Made by a program: the position numbers and the translations under genes | Notes under the pieces: generated by a model | What the model saw: only the letters and a program-made list of their open reading frames with translations | Database searches by the model: none | Told to the model about the DNA's origin: nothing | NCBI GenBank assembly: GCA_005880605.1 | Contig: VBIS01000028.1 | Location: 1 to 34,814 of the forward strand | From: Chloroflexota bacterium | Lineage (GTDB): Bacteria > Chloroflexota > Dormibacteria > CF-121 | Direction: 5' to 3' | DNA: 34,814 nt | In this document: positions 31,235 through 34,814 of the stretch, piece by piece | How positions within the stretch are numbered: the stretch's first letter is position 1 | Layout of the letters: each line of letters opens with the position of its first letter

Positions 31235-32238
31235 CGCTGCAGGTCCGACCCGCCCAGCTGAAGGACCTGGGAGCGATCGAGGCGCTCTACCGGCAGCAGG
31301 TGCGGGAGGCGGAACGCTCGCCGCTGAAGCGCCAGTTCGCATCGACCCGCCTGTGGTTCCTGCTCAACAGCGCCTTCGCCAGCATCATCCCCATCACCTC
31401 GGCGGCGGACCATGTCTACGTCATGGAGGACGCCAAGCGGCGGACCATCGAAGGCTTCATCCAGGCCGAAACGGCGGCGCTCGGACCGGGGGTCTGGCAG
31501 ATCCTCAATCTGTGCCTGACCCCCGATCTCGATCGCGTGCAGGACGGCACGGCGCTGCTCGACCACCTCTTCAATGAGGGCCTGAACCACGGTGTGACGA
31601 AGTTCATCGTGCGGGTGCCGGTCGACGACCCCGTCGTCGATCTGTTTCGCGCCCGCGGCTTTACCGCCTACGCCACCGAGCATGCCCTGCTCACCGAGTC
31701 GGTGACCGCCCGGCCGGCTCCAACCGTCGGGGGATGGCGGCCGATGCGCCGCGACGACGAACTTGGCCTCTACCTTCTTTATGTGGCGACCACGCCCAAG
31801 AGCGTGGCGGCGGTGGAGGCGTCGAACTTCGCCGAGTGGCGTCGGAGCTTCCAGCCGGGGTCGTGGAGCGCCCGGATCCCACGCCGCGCGGGCCAGCCGC
31901 GCTTCGTCATCGAGCGAATGCAGGTGGTGGGCTGGATGAGCCTGGTCCCGGGTGGGGGAGGCCGGCCCCATTCGCTCGGGCTGATGGCGGCCTCCGAGCC
32001 GGCGGAGTTGTGGCCCAGCCTGGTCCAGCGATCCCTCGCGTACGTTGCGCAGCGCCAGCCAGGGCCCGTCTGGTGCAGCCTGCGGCACTACGATGAGATC
32101 GGCATCCAATTGCTCCAGCGCGAGGGTTTCGAGGTTATCGCCTCCCAGGCCCTGATGGTCCGGGAGCTCCCCTTGAAGGTTCGCGCCCGAATGCGGGTAA
32201 GAATCAAGGACAAGCGGCTGGTGCCGCAGTATGGCTAA
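31231..32238 (+). CDS. Putative tandem GNAT-fold protein
   Basis: Two GNAT-like halves (QVRPAQLKDL...GTALLDHL...LFRARGF; WRPMRRDD...LLQREGFE). GTG 31231 overlaps the pdxT stop. Confidence 0.65.
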   Translation: MTLQVRPAQLKDLGAIEALYRQQVREAERSPLKRQFASTRLWFLLNSAFASIIPITSAADHVYVMEDAKRRTIEGFIQAETAALGPGVWQILNLCLTPDLDRVQDGTALLDHLFNEGLNHGVTKFIVRVPVDDPVVDLFRARGFTAYATEHALLTESVTARPAPTVGGWRPMRRDDELGLYLLYVATTPKSVAAVEASNFAEWRRSFQPGSWSARIPRRAGQPRFVIERMQVVGWMSLVPGGGGRPHSLGLMAASEPAELWPSLVQRSLAYVAQRQPGPVWCSLRHYDEIGIQLLQREGFEVIASQALMVRELPLKVRARMRVRIKDKRLVPQYG

Positions 32239-33799
32239 AGCAATGCAAGAACTACGGCGATCGAATAACGGCCTCACCGATGCCGACCCGGCTGAGCTCG
32301 ACCTGCTCTTCCAGGCGCTGCCCCCGCATATCAACCGGGCGGTCAAGCGCCTCGATCACCAGGGCTTGCTGCTCGAGGTCGTCCTCGACCTGGGCCGGGA
32401 GCCGGAGGCTCGTTTTCCCGACCACGAGGTGATCCTCGACGAGACGCCGGTCACGTCGGAAGACCTCGAGTTCGTCTCGAGCAGGGTCGGATCGTTCGGT
32501 GACGACAACCGGGCAGGCATCGAGCGCACGCTTCATCGCATCTCGGTGATTCGCAATCGCGGCGGCCAGATCGTGGGCGTCACCTGCCGCGTCGGCCGGG
32601 CCATCACCGGCACGATCGACATCATCAAGGACATGGTCATCGGCGGAAAGAGCATCCTGCTGCTGGGTCGCCCGGGCATCGGCAAGACGACGATGCTGCG
32701 CGAGTGCGCCCGCGTGCTGGCCGATGAGATGAAGAAGCGGGTGATCATCGTCGACACCTCCAATGAGATCGGGGGCGACGGCGACATTCCGCACCCGGGG
32801 ATCGGCCGCTCGCGGCGCATGCAGGTGCGCACGCCTGCGCTGCAGCATGCCGTGATGATCGAGGCGGTCGAGAACCACATGCCCCAGGTAATCGTCATCG
32901 ATGAGATCGGCACCGAGCCGGAAGCGGGCGCAGCGCGCACCATCGCCGAGCGCGGCGTGCAGCTGGTGGCCACCGCTCACGGCAATTCACTGGAGAACCT
33001 GCTCGTCAATCCCACGCTCAACGACCTGCTGGGCGGCATCCAGACGGTCACGCTCTCGGACGAGGAGGCGCGCCGCCGGGGCACGCAGAAGTCCGTGCTC
33101 GAGCGCAAGTCGCCGCCGACCTTCGATGTGCTGGTCGAGATTCACGACCGCGATCGACTCGCCATCCATCAGCCACTCGCCGAGGTGGTCGACGCGGCGC
33201 TGCGCGGCACGCTCAAGCCGCCGCAGATGCGGATCCGAGGGGCCGACGGCGCCATCGTGGCCCGAATTGCCGAGACCGCGCCGATGCGGACCGCCGCTGT
33301 CCGCGAGCCGCTGGAGGCGCCGCGCTCGCGCGGCCTCCACGAAACCGTGTCCGTCTTTCCCTACGGCGTGAGTCGCAATTACCTGGAACAGGCGATCACC
33401 GAACTCAAGGTACCGATCCGCATCCAGAACCACATCGAGGAAGCGGACCTGATCGTCACCCTCAAGAATTACTACCGCCGCAAAGATTCGCCCCTCAAGG
33501 AGGCGGAGGCCGACGGCATCCCGATCCAGGTGCTCAAGAGTAATACGATCACCCAGATCAAGAACGCGCTGAGCCGCGTCTATCAACTGGAGACACCCGA
33601 CCCGACCGAGTCCGCGCTGCAGGAAACGCTCGAGGGTATCAGCCGGGCGAAGGCGACCAGCTCGATGGTGGAGCTCTCGCCGCAGAACGCGTACGTCCGC
33701 CGCTTGCAGCATCAACTGGTGGAGCGGCACGAGCTGACGGCGCGCAGCACCGGCAAAGAGCCGAACCGCCGGTTGCGCATCTATACCAGCGCCGACTGA
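32231..33799 (+). CDS. Ycf45-like AAA ATPase (SpoIIIAA-type) with C-terminal R3H domain
   Basis: EVVLDLGREPEARF, RAGIERTLHRIS, GRPGIGKTT, DTSNEIGGDGD, IDEIG, ATAHG; R3H-like RRLQHQL. Confidence 0.9.
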   Translation: MAKAMQELRRSNNGLTDADPAELDLLFQALPPHINRAVKRLDHQGLLLEVVLDLGREPEARFPDHEVILDETPVTSEDLEFVSSRVGSFGDDNRAGIERTLHRISVIRNRGGQIVGVTCRVGRAITGTIDIIKDMVIGGKSILLLGRPGIGKTTMLRECARVLADEMKKRVIIVDTSNEIGGDGDIPHPGIGRSRRMQVRTPALQHAVMIEAVENHMPQVIVIDEIGTEPEAGAARTIAERGVQLVATAHGNSLENLLVNPTLNDLLGGIQTVTLSDEEARRRGTQKSVLERKSPPTFDVLVEIHDRDRLAIHQPLAEVVDAALRGTLKPPQMRIRGADGAIVARIAETAPMRTAAVREPLEAPRSRGLHETVSVFPYGVSRNYLEQAITELKVPIRIQNHIEEADLIVTLKNYYRRKDSPLKEAEADGIPIQVLKSNTITQIKNALSRVYQLETPDPTESALQETLEGISRAKATSSMVELSPQNAYVRRLQHQLVERHELTARSTGKEPNRRLRIYTSAD

Positions 33800-33805
33800 A
33801 CCTCG

Positions 33806-33811
33806 TATAGT
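33806..33811 (+). promoter_or_regulatory. Putative -10 TATAGT for tmk
   Basis: Lies 10 nt upstream of ATG 33822. Confidence 0.45.
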
Positions 33812-33821
33812 TCAGCGCGAA

Positions 33822-34493
33822 ATGGAAACCGCGGGGAAGCGAGGCGGGTTCTTCGTCAGCTTCGAGGGGCCCGAAGGAAGCGGCAAGTCGACCCAGATTC
33901 ATCGCCTGGCCGCCTCGCTTGCAGAGCAGGGCCACGCCGTCTGGACCACCCGTGAACCCGGCGGCACCCGTGCCGGCGAGATGATCCGGCCGATCCTCCT
34001 CGGTCCCCAGGCGGGCCCGCTGTCGGCCTGGTCTGAGGCCTTGCTCTTCACCGCCGCCCGCGCCCAGCTGGTGGATGAGGTCATCCGGCCGCGTCTCCAG
34101 CGTGGTGAGCTCGTCCTCTGCGATCGGTACAGCGATTCGACCCTCGCCTACCAGGGATATGGGCGCGGCATCGAGCTCGAGACCATGCGGCGCCTTCAGG
34201 CGGACGCGACCGCTGGGCTAACGCCCGACCTGACGCTCCTGCTCGACCTGCCAGTCGAGGCCGGGCTGGCCCGCATTCCGCGCCAGGCGAAGGACCGGCT
34301 GGACCGGGAGACGATCGCGTTCCATCAACGCGTCTACGCCGGCTATCACGAGATGGCGGCGCGCGAACCGCATCGCTGGCGCCAGGTCGACGCCTCGCGC
34401 GATGCTGACGTAGTGGCGTCCCGCATTCTGGAGCTGGTGCTCGAGGCGCTGCGCACCGCCGGCATCCGCCCGGCGGAGCGGCGATCCGCATGA
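33822..34493 (+). CDS. tmk: Thymidylate kinase
   Basis: FEGPEGSGKST, TREPGGT, LCDRYSDSTLAYQGYGRG, PDLTLLLD. Confidence 0.96.
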   Translation: METAGKRGGFFVSFEGPEGSGKSTQIHRLAASLAEQGHAVWTTREPGGTRAGEMIRPILLGPQAGPLSAWSEALLFTAARAQLVDEVIRPRLQRGELVLCDRYSDSTLAYQGYGRGIELETMRRLQADATAGLTPDLTLLLDLPVEAGLARIPRQAKDRLDRETIAFHQRVYAGYHEMAAREPHRWRQVDASRDADVVASRILELVLEALRTAGIRPAERRSA

Positions 34494-34814
34494 AGTTGCT
34501 GATTGCGGTGGTGCACAGTGAGGATGCCTCGGCGACCATGGACGCCCTCAACGACCGCGGCATCTCGGTGACCCGCTTCGTCAGTTCCGGTGGCTTCCTG
34601 CAGCACAAGAACGTGACGCTCATGTCGGGGATCGAAGACGATCGCATCGAGGAGGTCCTCGGCCTGATCAAGGAAAACTGCCGAACGCGCAGCGAGTTCA
34701 TGAACCCGATGCCGCCACTGGTCGAGCCCGGCGACTTCTTCGTCCCCTATCCAGTCGAGGTGCAGGTCGGGGGCGCGACGGTCTTCATCATGAACGTCGA
34801 CCGTTTCGAAAAGC
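34490..34814 (+). CDS. darA: Cyclic-di-AMP receptor, PII-like DarA/PstA (YaaQ); 3' end cut by window
   Basis: My translation: MKLLIAVVHSED...VTRFVSSGGFL..NVTLM...VPYPVEVQVGGATVFIMNVDRFEK. ATGA-coupled to tmk, as in the Bacillus tmk-darA order. Not in the supplied ORF track. Confidence 0.92.
   Translation, partial: MKLLIAVVHSEDASATMDALNDRGISVTRFVSSGGFLQHKNVTLMSGIEDDRIEEVLGLIKENCRTRSEFMNPMPPLVEPGDFFVPYPVEVQVGGATVFIMNVDRFEK

Overview
A high-GC, densely packed housekeeping region, probably from a Terrabacteria soil lineage such as Ca. Dormibacterota or Chloroflexota (inferred from gene content only). Gene order: the 3' part of dnaB with a P-loop intein, purA, an orphan RnfD/NqrB-like membrane gene, a secreted Asp-box beta-propeller, ridA, an MprAB-like two-component system divergent from a PAP2/AUR1-like gene, yvcK, ilvE, glycerate kinase, a small His-rich protein, an ECF sigma factor fused to a ZAS-type zinc finger, a SHOCT protein, an oligopeptide ABC transporter with two binding proteins followed by tldD-tldE and a C26 amidohydrolase, then lon, a short-LID adk, a monofunctional transglycosylase, pdxST, a GNAT-like gene, a ycf45-like AAA/R3H gene, tmk and the c-di-AMP receptor darA (cut by the window end). 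I saw no rRNA, tRNA, CRISPR array or transposase. The most striking anomaly is that four genes (dnaB, purA, rnfD-like, oppF) each lack an internal conserved block of about 25-40 codons, and two of them are frameshifted. The simplest explanation is an assembly or scaffolding artefact, which must be checked against reads. Other signals are pervasive leaderless-type promoter geometry, a triple 11-bp-spaced MprA-like box, a duplicated hairpin at the missing start of a lipoprotein gene, a G-quadruplex motif abutting oppB, and convergent gene pairs with no room for terminators. I cannot claim a definite new system. The best candidates are the Opp-TldDE-C26 peptide-processing cluster and the non-flavinylated RnfD-like/beta-propeller pair.
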